NCBI GenBank assembly: GCA_965368975.1
Contig: CBDUPA010000007.1
Span: 217,536 to 281,535, forward strand
Length of the DNA: 64,000 bases
Reading direction: 5' to 3'
Origin: an uncultured bacterium
Lineage (GTDB): Bacteria > Acidobacteriota > Thermoanaerobaculia > Multivoradales > JAHZIX01
Of the stretch, positions 21,149-30,337 are shown one piece after another. Position numbers and translations under genes: made by a program. The notes under the pieces were generated by a model. It had not been told where the DNA came from. It worked only from the letters and a program-made list of their open reading frames with translations, and ran no database searches. The stretch's first letter is position 1; each line of letters opens with the position of its first letter.

Positions 21149-21244
21149 CTGTCGCGCGCTCCGCGCGCGGTGGCACCGGATCGCGAGCCGCCCGCGGCTG
21201 GCTCTTCGTTGGCTTGGATGTAGCTTGTTGGGCTCCGCGCGCGC
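21102..21244. repeat. Two ~70-bp direct repeats, each with an internal GAGCCGC/GCGGCT hairpin (REP-like)
   Basis: cggatagcgagccgcacgcggctcgctcttcgttggcttcgatgtagct vs cggatcgcgagccgcccgcggctggctcttcgttggcttggatgtagct, 75-bp period. Confidence 0.75.
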
Positions 21245-21317
21245 TTGACGAAATACGGTGCGACTGCTGTAATCCCAGGGCAACAAGTCACCACCCACCG
21301 CTCGCTCTATCTCACTC

Positions 21318-22862
21318 ATGCAAAAGGCTACTCTGATCGGCACCCTGACGCTCCTGCCGTCACGTGATGGTGCCGAATTGACGCAGCTGCCGCCGCAGCT
21401 GGACTGGTTGGAAGTGCGTGCCGACCGAGTCGGCGAGCCGGACGTCTCCATGCTGCGGCGTCACTTCGCGGGCAAGCTGGTCTACACCCTACGCAGCCGT
21501 GCCGAGGGCGGTGGTTTCGCGGGTGACGCCGAGCAGCGCGCACGTCACCTTCGCACCGCGGCGCAAGAGTACGACTATGTCGACCTGGAAGCTCAGCGCG
21601 ACCTGGCTCCTGAGGTGCTGGAGGCGGTGCCGGCGCAGAAGCGTCTCCTCTCCTGGCACGGCCCACCGTCGACCCTGGCCGAGCTGACCGCTCGCTTCGA
21701 ACGGATGGCGGCCACCGAGGCGGCTTGGTACAAGCTGATTCCCGAGGCGCGCCGTCCCGGTGACGAGTTGGCGCCTCTGCTGCTGCTCCACGCCCTGGGG
21801 CGCCGCGACGTCGTCTCCTTTGCCAGCGGCGAGCACGGAACCTGGACCCGCCTGCTAGCGCCGCGCTTGGGAGGGCCGCTGGTCTATGCCGCGATCCAGA
21901 CGGACGCCATCCAGGGTGAGCCGGGGGCGCCCGGGCAACTTGAATTGCAGCGCCTGGTGAACGACTACGGCTTGCCGGATCTGCCGCCGGTCTCGGCTTT
22001 GTGCGGGATTGTCGGTGACCCGGTGCGCCACTCTCTGTCGCCGCGTCTGCACAACGCCGCATACCGGGCTCTGGACCTGCCCTTTCTTTACCTGCCCTTC
22101 GGTACCGATTCCTTTGCCGACTTCTGGCTCGGTGTGGTCGAGAACGACAACCTGAGCGCCATCGGCTACCCGTTGCGCGGCCTGAGTGTCACGGCGCCCT
22201 ACAAGGACATCGCGCTGGCGATCTCGGGGGCCTCCAGTCCGTTGGCCGAGCGCATCGGTGCTGCCAACACGCTGGTGCTGCACGAAGGCGTCTGGGAGGC
22301 CGAGTCCACCGACCCGGCCGGAGTCGTCGAGCCTCTGCGTGCACGTGGCGTCGAGCTGCAGGGGCGACGCGCGGCCGTCGTTGGCTGTGGTGGTGCTGGT
22401 CGCTCGGCTGCCATCGGGCTGGCGCTCGCCGGTGTCCGAGTGACGCTGAGCAACAGGAGTCGGCGACGCGGCGAAGAGGCTTCCCAGGCTCTCGGCCTGC
22501 CCTTCGTGCCGCTCGACGATCTGGCGGTTCGCCTGGCCGAGGACTTCGACATCTTGGTCAATGCCACGTCGCTGGGTCGCTCGGACGACGATCCGCTGCC
22601 TTTCGACGTCGAAGCCTTGCCCACCGAGCGTGCGCCGATCCTCGTCGACCTGGTCTACCGCCGACGTCCAACCCCCCTGGTCGAAGCTTGCCGTCGTCGT
22701 GGCCTAGGCATTGTCGACGGTCGAGAGGTCTTGCTCTTCCAGGCGGTCGACCAGTTCCGCTGGATGATCGGCCACGACCTGCCTCTGGACATCGCCCGCC
22801 AACAACTCGGCTTGCTTGCAGACTCACCAGCTCCACCTGACTCACCAGCTCTACCAGACTGA
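21318..22862 (+). CDS. aroE: Fused type I 3-dehydroquinate dehydratase / shikimate dehydrogenase
   Basis: LEVRAD, TLRSRAEGG, LSWH, APGQ (AroD); HSLSPRLHN, SVTAPYK, GAANT, NATSLG (AroE). Confidence 0.9.
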   Translation: MQKATLIGTLTLLPSRDGAELTQLPPQLDWLEVRADRVGEPDVSMLRRHFAGKLVYTLRSRAEGGGFAGDAEQRARHLRTAAQEYDYVDLEAQRDLAPEVLEAVPAQKRLLSWHGPPSTLAELTARFERMAATEAAWYKLIPEARRPGDELAPLLLLHALGRRDVVSFASGEHGTWTRLLAPRLGGPLVYAAIQTDAIQGEPGAPGQLELQRLVNDYGLPDLPPVSALCGIVGDPVRHSLSPRLHNAAYRALDLPFLYLPFGTDSFADFWLGVVENDNLSAIGYPLRGLSVTAPYKDIALAISGASSPLAERIGAANTLVLHEGVWEAESTDPAGVVEPLRARGVELQGRRAAVVGCGGAGRSAAIGLALAGVRVTLSNRSRRRGEEASQALGLPFVPLDDLAVRLAEDFDILVNATSLGRSDDDPLPFDVEALPTERAPILVDLVYRRRPTPLVEACRRRGLGIVDGREVLLFQAVDQFRWMIGHDLPLDIARQQLGLLADSPAPPDSPALPD

Positions 22863-22917
22863 TGCCGCGTCAACCCGACTCGTCAGTCTGATTCGTCGAA
22901 TCGCTACCGGAGACCTC

Positions 22918-23949
22918 GTGCCCCACCGGAAAAAGAAACGCTCGATCCCCCGCTACGCCGCCCGCGTCCTCGATGCAGGCTTCGATCAGACTAGCTTCGT
23001 CGATGAAGTGCGCCAAGGTCTGACCGCCTCTCCCAAAGCTCTGTCACCGAAGTTCCTGTACGACGAGCTCGGCTCCCAGCTCTTCGACGCGATCTGCCTG
23101 CTGCCCGAGTACTATCCCACGCGCACTGAAAGCGTCATCCTCGCTGGCTGCGCCGACGAAATCGTCTCCTGCCTGCCGGCGCCGCTACGCATCGTCGAGT
23201 TGGGTAGTGGTAGCTCGATCAAGACGCGTCACCTGCTGGAGGCGCAGCTGCGGCGTCAAGAGACGCTGACCTACATCCCTATCGACGTTTCCGAAGCACC
23301 CATCGAGCGCAGCTCGCGCGAACTCCTGCACACCTTCAGAGGGCTGTCCGTTCAAGCCTATGTCGCTGACTACTTCGACGCGCTGGAGCACTTGGCTGTG
23401 AACCCTCCGGTCGCCACTGGAGATACCGCGGAGGTGCCACGGACGCTCGCCCTCTTCCTGGGTTCGACCATCGGTAACATGAACCACGACGAAGGCGTCG
23501 AACTACTGCGCGCCGTCCACCGCATCCTGGTTCCCGGCGATGGTCTGCTTCTCGGTGCCGATCTCAAGAAATCGCTCGACGTCCTCCTTCCCGCCTACAA
23601 CGACGCCCTAGGCGTTACAGCTGCCTTCAACAAGAACCTGTTAGTCCGCTTCAATCGCGAACTCGGCGGTCACTTCGACCTCGACTGTTTCCGCCACGAG
23701 GCGCGCTGGAACGAAGCTGAGAGCCGCGTCGAGATGCACCTGGTCAGCTGCCGTGCGCACACGGTGCGCCTGGACGAACTGGATCTCGACATCAATTTTG
23801 ACGAGGGCGAGAGCATCCATGCCGAGAGCAGCCACAAGTTCGACCTGGCACAGCTCCACGAGTTGGCCGCCGCGTCGGGTTTTCGGCTCGAACGTTCGTG
23901 GTTCGATCCAGATCGTCGATTCAGCGAGAACCTGCTGATCGCGGTCTAG
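22918..23949 (+). CDS. egtD: L-histidine N-alpha-methyltransferase
   Basis: PKFLYDELGSQLFDAICLLPEYYPTRTE, ELGSGSSIKT, FLGSTIGN, YNDALGVTAAFNKNLL. Confidence 0.9.
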   Translation: MPHRKKKRSIPRYAARVLDAGFDQTSFVDEVRQGLTASPKALSPKFLYDELGSQLFDAICLLPEYYPTRTESVILAGCADEIVSCLPAPLRIVELGSGSSIKTRHLLEAQLRRQETLTYIPIDVSEAPIERSSRELLHTFRGLSVQAYVADYFDALEHLAVNPPVATGDTAEVPRTLALFLGSTIGNMNHDEGVELLRAVHRILVPGDGLLLGADLKKSLDVLLPAYNDALGVTAAFNKNLLVRFNRELGGHFDLDCFRHEARWNEAESRVEMHLVSCRAHTVRLDELDLDINFDEGESIHAESSHKFDLAQLHELAAASGFRLERSWFDPDRRFSENLLIAV

Positions 23950-23954
23950 AACCT

Positions 23955-23983
23955 TTGACAGCGGCTGCAATTCTGGCTAGGAT
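23955..23983 (+). promoter_or_regulatory. Sigma70-like promoter of the tRNA
   Basis: TTGACA-N17-TAGGAT ending 14 nt before the tRNA. Confidence 0.7.
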
Positions 23984-23997
23984 TCCGCTTCCTGTGT

Positions 23998-24076
23998 GCC
24001 GAGGTAGCTCAGTTATGGTTAGAGCGCCTGACTGTGGATCAGGAGGTCGGCGGTTCAAACCCGCCCCTCGGTACCA
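23998..24076 (+). tRNA. tRNA-His (GTG), encoded CCA; probable prophage attachment site
   Basis: Acceptor GCCGAGG/CCTCGGT, D stem GCTC/GAGC, anticodon arm CCTGA-CTGTGGA-TCAGG, T arm GGCGG-TTCAAAC-CCGCC, A-CCA. Confidence 0.95.
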
Positions 24077-24199
24077 ACCAAACCCCCTTAAATCCCCTGT
24101 ACAAAGCGCTTTAGGACAAGGACTTAGGCTGTCCTGTTGGTCCTTAGTATTTAATTGATTCTCAGGTTCTGTTGAATTTTGCCGGGTTTTGCTATCCTC

Positions 24200-24221
24200 A
24201 AGGTCGCGGGAAGGTCGCGGG
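24200..24221. repeat. Tandem 11-bp direct repeat AAGGTCGCGGG, likely integrase arm-type sites
   Basis: Two perfect copies between tRNA and integrase in an AT-richer att region. Confidence 0.55.
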
Positions 24222-24238
24222 AAAATCGGAGGTAGCGC

Positions 24239-25654
24239 ATGGCATATCGGTCCCGGCACAGACAGAAGCTCACGCAAGCCCTGGTGAAGAAGGTCCGGAA
24301 GGAGCAGCTCCAAGCTTGCGAGGATGCAGCAGGGCGGCGCCTGCCGGATCGGTACATATGGGATTCCGAATCGCCGCTCGGATTGCGGCTCCACGGCACC
24401 GGCGGCGCGAGCTGGGTCCTGAAGCCCTACGCAGTGCAGATGGCCGGTCGCCGCGAGCCGCGGCGGCACACCTTCGGCCTGGTCTCTGACGTGACGCTGG
24501 AAGATGCACAGGACCGGGCGCGGGATCTGTGGGGGAGATACCTGGACGGCGAGGACCCGGTGGGGGAGATTCAGCAGCGCAAGCTTCTGGCTCGGCAGGG
24601 CCGAGCTAGCGACCCGACTGTGGGAGACCTTGCAGAGCGCTACATGAAGGAGGTTGCCGCCAGCAACAAGCCCGCTACACGGCGAGAGAAGCAGAGAGGC
24701 TGGGATCAGGTCGTAAGGCTGATCGGCGAGCGGCAGGTAGCCAAGGTGGACGCTGAGGACATCGAGTTCGTGTTGCGCTCCATTGGTGACGGAAAGCCCG
24801 TCTGGGCGAACCGCGTTCGAAGCCTCCTGTCGCACGCCTTCAACGTTTGCTCGCGCTGGCGCACAGTAGAGGGAGAGAGATGGCGAGAACTCAACGCAAA
24901 CCCGGTTCTAGAGACCGATCCGAACCGTGAGAGAGGTAAGGGTCGCACCTACTCAGATGTCGAACTGAGGGCGATCTGGACAGCCTTGGGTCGGCTTGAG
25001 GGGCAAGACGAGATTGATTGGGTGCTGGCCATTCTGATCCGGATCTTGATCTACACCGGAGCTCGGCCGGGCGAACCCGCCAGCGCGCGCTGGTCGAACT
25101 GGGATCCGACCAAGCAGCTCATCTGGCTCGAGGAGTCGAAAGCGGATCGCGGCGTAGCCCTGGGTCGGCGGATCTACCTTCCGACACAGGTACTGGAGTG
25201 GGTGCCGTACCTCGGTGCGGCACAGAGCGAGTTCATGTTCCCGCGCCGCAAGCTGAATGCCTCCTGGAGACAGGAGCGCCAGAAGGATGCCAGCGTCACG
25301 AAGACGGCCTGGCGGAAGACATGGCAGAAGGTTGCCGAGGAAGCCGGCCTGGTCGAGACTGCGGGTGTCGCGCCGCAGCTGCGTCACCTGCGCAACACCT
25401 GGATCTCCATGGCTCAACAGGCGGGCATCAAGCAGGCTGAGGCGGGATGGATGGCCGGGCATCGGCCCAGGGGTATGACGGCCCACTACACGGCGCAGCC
25501 GGACGAGTACTGGCTTGAGCAAGCAGAGATCGCCGGCGACTTCATCCGGAAGGCGATTGGCGCTCAGCCCTTGTCGGCGTCGTCCTCGGGCTCTGGAAGG
25601 GCTGCGGTGATCACCTTCAAGCCGGGAATCACCCGGCCGTTGTCCGGGATCTGA
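24239..25654 (+). CDS. int: Tyrosine integrase with N-terminal arm-binding domain
   Basis: YIWD...LGLRL...SWVL arm domain; TGARPGE, ESK, RHLRNT, AGH, TAHY catalytic set. Confidence 0.9.
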   Translation: MAYRSRHRQKLTQALVKKVRKEQLQACEDAAGRRLPDRYIWDSESPLGLRLHGTGGASWVLKPYAVQMAGRREPRRHTFGLVSDVTLEDAQDRARDLWGRYLDGEDPVGEIQQRKLLARQGRASDPTVGDLAERYMKEVAASNKPATRREKQRGWDQVVRLIGERQVAKVDAEDIEFVLRSIGDGKPVWANRVRSLLSHAFNVCSRWRTVEGERWRELNANPVLETDPNRERGKGRTYSDVELRAIWTALGRLEGQDEIDWVLAILIRILIYTGARPGEPASARWSNWDPTKQLIWLEESKADRGVALGRRIYLPTQVLEWVPYLGAAQSEFMFPRRKLNASWRQERQKDASVTKTAWRKTWQKVAEEAGLVETAGVAPQLRHLRNTWISMAQQAGIKQAEAGWMAGHRPRGMTAHYTAQPDEYWLEQAEIAGDFIRKAIGAQPLSASSSGSGRAAVITFKPGITRPLSGI

Positions 25655-26037
25655 TAGACGACGATCGGGTCCGGCTCTTCCTTGGCGGCTTCCTCGAGGT
25701 AGTCCTTGGGTCGCCGCAGCTCGGCCAGCCTCAGTAGGCCAGAACTCTGCACCATGGCGTGATAGCCGTCGTTCGGGTTTTGGTCGAATTGCGCGGCGTA
25801 GGTCGGGTCCATCATCCTCAGAGCGTGCTCTGCGTCCTCTTCGAGCGGGAAAGAGGACTCCTGGTAGGCATCGATGTACATGGCCCGGAAAGCGGCGTTC
25901 TCGCGCCGCCAGTTGCAGGGCGTAGCCTTGCAGGGCATCTCGGGATCCAGCACGATCTGGCGCAGGGTCTCTCCAGCAGCTATTCGATCACAGATCTTTC
26001 TTCCCAGTGTCTTGTTGTAGGAGCTGCTGCGCGCCAT
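25564..26037 (-). CDS. Terminase small subunit-like protein
   Basis: KICDRIAAGETLRQIV...MP...WRR...FRAMY HTH of Sf6 gp1-like TerS; C-terminal VYQIPDNGR. Confidence 0.7.
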   Translation of the reverse strand: MARSSSYNKTLGRKICDRIAAGETLRQIVLDPEMPCKATPCNWRRENAAFRAMYIDAYQESSFPLEEDAEHALRMMDPTYAAQFDQNPNDGYHAMVQSSGLLRLAELRRPKDYLEEAAKEEPDPIVVYQIPDNGRVIPGLKVITAALPEPEDDADKG

Positions 26038-26308
26038 AGTCAATCCGGCTGAAAAATTCATCCGGATCGACACCGATGCGGATGAGTATCTCTATCGCCG
26101 TGACCAGGGTCAGAGAGCTGTACCCCTGGAGCTGGTGATAGAGCGTCGACGGCGCCATAGACAGCTGGCTCGCAAGGGAACTGACGGTTTGCCCTTGGCG
26201 CTTGACCTCCTCGCGCAGTAGGCGCCCCAGCGTCTCGGCGGCTGCTCGCGCCATGTTCGCAGGCTCCGCCATTTGGTCGAGAGTATCAGATTTGGATGTT
26301 TCATCCAT
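25988..26308 (-). CDS. XRE-type HTH protein
   Basis: TVSSLASQLSMAPSTLYHQLQG...IGVDPDEFF. Confidence 0.75.
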   Translation of the reverse strand: MDETSKSDTLDQMAEPANMARAAAETLGRLLREEVKRQGQTVSSLASQLSMAPSTLYHQLQGYSSLTLVTAIEILIRIGVDPDEFFSRIDYGAQQLLQQDTGKKDL

Positions 26309-26628
26309 TAGGTCGACATCTTGAGCTTGCCGGCTCTAACTAGAGCGATGATCTTCTGCTCCTGACGCCAGTCGCCATAGAGCGCCAGGAATTGGGAGAG
26401 GCTCCCGGCGAGAACATGAGCGACTGCGATCAGCGTTTCTACCCGAAGCTCCTTTCTTCCACGGGCTTCTCGGTATATGGCTTGCTCGTTGTGGCCGGTG
26501 GCTTCAGCTATTTTTCGGAAGCTCATCCGCTTCTCTTTCGCAAGCAATCTTATGTACTCGGCCATGCCCCTGGCTTCCTCTTGGGCCATCTCGGCGACCT
26601 CGGGGGCTTGCATTGTTTCGTCACTCAT
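26308..26628 (-). CDS. XRE-type HTH protein (candidate repressor)
   Basis: RBS GGAGGA; SFRKIAEATGHNEQAIYREARG...VETLIAVA. Confidence 0.75.
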   Translation of the reverse strand: MSDETMQAPEVAEMAQEEARGMAEYIRLLAKEKRMSFRKIAEATGHNEQAIYREARGRKELRVETLIAVAHVLAGSLSQFLALYGDWRQEQKIIALVRAGKLKMST

Positions 26629-26683
26629 GGTTGAATTCCTCCACGGCTGATCCTTTTACTCATACCGAAAGAGAGGGTACTAC

Positions 26684-26938
26684 ATGAGCGCACCAACAAT
26701 CAAAGAGGTTGAGGGCGGGCATCTGGCGAAGCTACGAGAGCGGGCGAACCTGACCAAGAGGGAGTTGGCGGCAAAGTCGAAGCTCTACGAGAGCATAGTT
26801 GCGCGCATTGAGAACGGTAGTGTTCGGCCTGATCCCAAGTACATAGAGCCACTCCGCCTGCTCGGGACCTTCGAGGAGATCTGGGCGGCGATCGGCCGCG
26901 ACCGCCTGGCATTTCTGCGGCGGAGGTCGGCAGCATGA
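26684..26938 (+). CDS. Cro-like HTH protein
   Basis: LAKLRERANLTKRELA...VARIENG; divergent from the HTH pair, first gene of the early arm. Confidence 0.8.
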   Translation: MSAPTIKEVEGGHLAKLRERANLTKRELAAKSKLYESIVARIENGSVRPDPKYIEPLRLLGTFEEIWAAIGRDRLAFLRRRSAA

Positions 26939-27171
26939 GCTTCTGGAAGGACACCCTGCTCCCGCTGCTGCGCCGCCGGCAGAAGAGCTCGCGCGTGATC
27001 CGCTGGCGCGACCCGAAGGTCGAAGCACCGGAGAGCAGCGTCAGCTACCTGGTGCTGGCCCGCCGGCCATCGTCCCGGCAGCTCTACCACGCTATCCGCC
27101 AAGGCGTCGGATTCGGCGAGTCGGTGGTTCGCTACGCCAGTCTGCCCAGTCCTCCTGAGGAGGTGCGCTGA
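26935..27171 (+). CDS. Phage hypothetical protein
   Basis: ATGA-coupled in early operon. Confidence 0.6.
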   Translation: MSFWKDTLLPLLRRRQKSSRVIRWRDPKVEAPESSVSYLVLARRPSSRQLYHAIRQGVGFGESVVRYASLPSPPEEVR

Positions 27172-27557
27172 TGACCCCTGAGGAGTTCGCGCTGCACGAG
27201 GACGTGTTCGCTGCCAGCCCACACGCCTTCGAGGCCTACCAGTCGGCACTGTCCGAGGTTCTAGGCGACATCGAGAACCCGCAGAAGACGGCGGCCGCGG
27301 TGCGCAAGCTGCAGATCTCGATCACGTTCCTGCCCAGCGAGCGCCGCGACGAGGTTGCCCTCGGCGTAGACGTCAAAGTCGCCAAGCTCGGCCCGTACAT
27401 CGGTTCCGCGGGTAAGGCCTATCTCGACACCGACCACAACACCGGTGAACGCAAGTTTGCCGTCGAGAACCCGCGACAGCGGCGCCTGGAGTTCGAAGAC
27501 GAGCCAGCGCCGACACCCGAGAACAACGTTCGACCGATGAGGAGTACAGATCGATGA
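27171..27557 (+). CDS. Phage early hypothetical protein
   Basis: RBS GGAGG; VLGDIENP...RKLQISITF pattern common in phage early genes. Confidence 0.7.
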   Translation: MTPEEFALHEDVFAASPHAFEAYQSALSEVLGDIENPQKTAAAVRKLQISITFLPSERRDEVALGVDVKVAKLGPYIGSAGKAYLDTDHNTGERKFAVENPRQRRLEFEDEPAPTPENNVRPMRSTDR

Positions 27558-28282
27558 TGAACGCAGAGTTCGTAGACAGTATCGCCGAGCTGGCCCAATG
27601 GGCGCTGCAATCCGCGAGCGAGCAGCATTTCTTGGTCGGCCCCCGCGGCATACACAACCTGACCGAGTTGGCCGACAGGGCGGTGGCGGTTGAGAAGCTC
27701 AATCTCGTCACACTGGGTGCCCTTGGGGACTACGCCAAGACCCTTGACCCGGTAGCGAAGGATCTCTTCCTGGTTGCGGCGCACTCTGTCGCGAACATCG
27801 TCTCGGGCCCGAACGAGCTGGGCCGGCGCGACGTCTACGCGAGCGTGATCGCGCCCTGCCACGAGATCCCGCACCTTCTGCAGCTCTCCCAGCAGGACTT
27901 TCGGCGGGAGGTGGGCGCGCGTTTCGTCGAGTCGACCGTGCGTGCCGACCTGCTCGAGCTGGCCTCCGCCTTGAGCGCGGAGCACGCGGCCGAGTTCAAG
28001 GATGACGGACTGAGCATCGAGACGACGTTGCGCCGCAAGGGCGGAGCGCCGAAGCGTGAGAGTAGCTCGCCCATCTACCTGCTTCAGCCGTGGTGCACCT
28101 GGCCCGAGATCGAGCAGCCGACGGTGACGTTCCGCCTGCAAGTGCATTCCACCGATGACGGCTACTTCTTGAGCCTCGATCCGTCCATCTCGCCGCTCTG
28201 GAAGAGCGAGGCCGCACGCGCGGCCGGTGATTGGCTGCGCGAACAGCTGCCCGAGCCCTGGCACGGCCGCATCCTGACCTGA
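27554..28282 (+). CDS. Phage early hypothetical protein
   Basis: Coupled to previous gene; LQPWCTWPEIEQP...FRL motif. Confidence 0.7.
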   Translation: MMNAEFVDSIAELAQWALQSASEQHFLVGPRGIHNLTELADRAVAVEKLNLVTLGALGDYAKTLDPVAKDLFLVAAHSVANIVSGPNELGRRDVYASVIAPCHEIPHLLQLSQQDFRREVGARFVESTVRADLLELASALSAEHAAEFKDDGLSIETTLRRKGGAPKRESSSPIYLLQPWCTWPEIEQPTVTFRLQVHSTDDGYFLSLDPSISPLWKSEAARAAGDWLREQLPEPWHGRILT

Positions 28283-28414
28283 TCCCCTTCTGGGTGGTCT
28301 CTGGATCCCAGGGGGGAGCGACCCGTCCCGCTCGCGTTACGTGTGGTCTCGCGGGTAAGCCAAGGGCTTCGAGTGGGGGCGGGTCGCCGTTTTCTCAAGA
28401 GGGGGGGCAGTTGG

Positions 28415-28717
28415 ATGCAACACGTGAATTCGGGTTTGGAGTTCAAGGTGCCGGTCACCTGGATTGTCTGCCGCAGTGATGGAAGGGATGAGGGCACCGT
28501 CAAGGTAAAGGCCTATTCCGCCCTGGATGCGGCGCGAGAAGCTGGCGAGCGACTGCATGCGAGCAGCCCGCTGCTATCGGGCCTGGGATGGCCAAGTCAG
28601 ACCGATGTCTACGTGCGCCTGGAGCACGCCACGCGCGGCGACCACTATCGGGTGCAAAGCTGCTGGGAGGTGTCGACGACCGTAAGAGCAATCCGGCCAG
28701 GGGAGGCGGGCCTGTGA
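28415..28717 (+). CDS. Phage hypothetical protein
   Basis: ORF in operon, GTGA overlap with next gene. Confidence 0.55.
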   Translation: MQHVNSGLEFKVPVTWIVCRSDGRDEGTVKVKAYSALDAAREAGERLHASSPLLSGLGWPSQTDVYVRLEHATRGDHYRVQSCWEVSTTVRAIRPGEAGL

Positions 28718-29667
28718 CCACTTCGATCTCCTGGACTGACGAGACCATCAACCCGCTAGTGATGCAGCGCCCAGGCGGCAAGCTCGGGCACTTCTGCGTG
28801 AAGCTCAGCCCAGGCTGTGCGAACTGCTACGCGGCCACGATGTCGGCGCGGAAACTCCCCTCTCGGCCTGCTGGGTTCAAGTACACCGCCAAGGGCGCAG
28901 AGGGTGCGGTGCCAGTCTGCCTGGAAAGCGCGCTCGAGAAGATCAAGCGACCAGGTTCGCCGAGAAGGATGTTTGTCTGCTCGATGACGGATCTGTTCCT
29001 TGATCAGTGGTGGCCTCGGTCGGCGCCGTTCAAGGAATACGCCCAGGCTGCCGACGTGCTAGGGGCTTGCGCGGGGGCCGTCGAGGACGGTCACGTCGTC
29101 CAGATTCTGACCAAGCGGCCCGAAGCAATCCCAGACTGGCTCGGGCGCGTCTTGCAGAGAGATGGCAACCCCCGTCTCATGATCGGCGTCTCGATCGAGA
29201 GTCCGGCGCAGCTGTGGCGCTGGAAAGCTCTTGTCGAGAAGCTCGGCCATACCGCCTGCTCGCTGTGGATCAGCTTCGAACCGCTCCTCGAGGAGATCAC
29301 CCTCGGAGACCTGCGGCGTGCCTTCGCTTCGCGCGTACCGGATTTGGTCGTGCTCGGCGGCGAGTCGGGGCCAGGTGCCAGGCCCTCTGAGCCTCACTGG
29401 TACCGCAACCTGATCACGTGGGCGTCCGCGCGCTCGAAGCGTGTTCCGGTCTGGATGAAGCAGTTCGGAGCCAGACTCAAGGTTGCCGGCACGGACACCT
29501 TCGGCGAATACGGCCCAGGCAGGGAGATCGGAACTTCCGGCTACTACCTGGTCAAGACAGGCAGCAAGGCTGAGGCGCCGGCAAAGTGGCCTGAGTGGGC
29601 TCGTATCCGGCAGCTGCCGGAGTGGGCGCGTGAGGACTTCGGGCACTGCTTCATGGAGCCGGGGTAA
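28714..29667 (+). CDS. Phage Gp37/Gp68 (DUF5131) family protein
   Basis: ISWTDETINP, CVKLSPGCANCYA, FVCSMTDLF, QILTKRP, SFEPLL, GGESGPGARP. Confidence 0.9.
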   Translation: MTTSISWTDETINPLVMQRPGGKLGHFCVKLSPGCANCYAATMSARKLPSRPAGFKYTAKGAEGAVPVCLESALEKIKRPGSPRRMFVCSMTDLFLDQWWPRSAPFKEYAQAADVLGACAGAVEDGHVVQILTKRPEAIPDWLGRVLQRDGNPRLMIGVSIESPAQLWRWKALVEKLGHTACSLWISFEPLLEEITLGDLRRAFASRVPDLVVLGGESGPGARPSEPHWYRNLITWASARSKRVPVWMKQFGARLKVAGTDTFGEYGPGREIGTSGYYLVKTGSKAEAPAKWPEWARIRQLPEWAREDFGHCFMEPG

Positions 29668-29897
29668 TGCCGAAGTACATAGGGTTCTCGGACGAATTGC
29701 ATCGCACGCTGGAAGCGCGAGCCAATGCGCTGAATATGGACGTCCTCGGGTACGTCAGGCAGGCTCTTTCGGTCTTCAATGCACTGGTGGAAGAGGAAGA
29801 GCGCGGCGGTTCGATTGTCTCGCGGCGGGCGGGCGGGGAGGAGTTTGGACTGGCATTGCTTTGGCCGGACTTCGAGTCTCAGGAGGTTCCGTCATGA
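29667..29897 (+). CDS. Small ribbon-helix-helix-like protein
   Basis: Beta-helix-helix pattern, VRQALSVF; paralogue of 31265..31510. Confidence 0.55.
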   Translation: MPKYIGFSDELHRTLEARANALNMDVLGYVRQALSVFNALVEEEERGGSIVSRRAGGEEFGLALLWPDFESQEVPS

Positions 29898-30337
29898 AGC
29901 GCTCCGCCCCCCCTCGCCGACGGACCCCGCTGAAGCGCGGCAAGCCTCCGACCAGGAAGGCGCGTCTACGAGCGATCACCAAGGACGCCCGCAAGAAGCT
30001 GATGCGCTTCGAGCGGCAGTTCGGGAGCGAAGAGCGTGTCGACTGGATGCAGGCGCAGCACTGCTGCATCTGTGGCACCAGGCCAGTGGACTGTCACCAC
30101 GTCAAGACGCGCGGTGCTGGCGGTACCGCAGACGACATGGTGCCCCTGTGCAGGACCTGTCATCAGATCTGGCACAGCCGCGGGCGCGCGTGGTTCGAGA
30201 ACGAATTCGATATCGACGCCGGCGTGTTGGCACAACGCTACACACGGTGGTGGAGAGAACACCAGAAGCAGGAAGGAGCAAGGCATGAGCACGACACTGC
30301 CGCCACACCAAAAGAAGGGTGGCGTGATGCACGTTGA
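29894..30337 (+). CDS. HNH-like Zn-finger nuclease (DUF968/NinG-like)
   Basis: CCICG...DCHHVKTRGAGG...VPLCRTCH. Confidence 0.75.
   Translation: MKRSAPPRRRTPLKRGKPPTRKARLRAITKDARKKLMRFERQFGSEERVDWMQAQHCCICGTRPVDCHHVKTRGAGGTADDMVPLCRTCHQIWHSRGRAWFENEFDIDAGVLAQRYTRWWREHQKQEGARHEHDTAATPKEGWRDAR

Noticed and set aside
21318-23949. aroD-aroE fusion and solo egtD as novelties
   Set aside because: Both are known arrangements; partner genes may lie elsewhere in the genome
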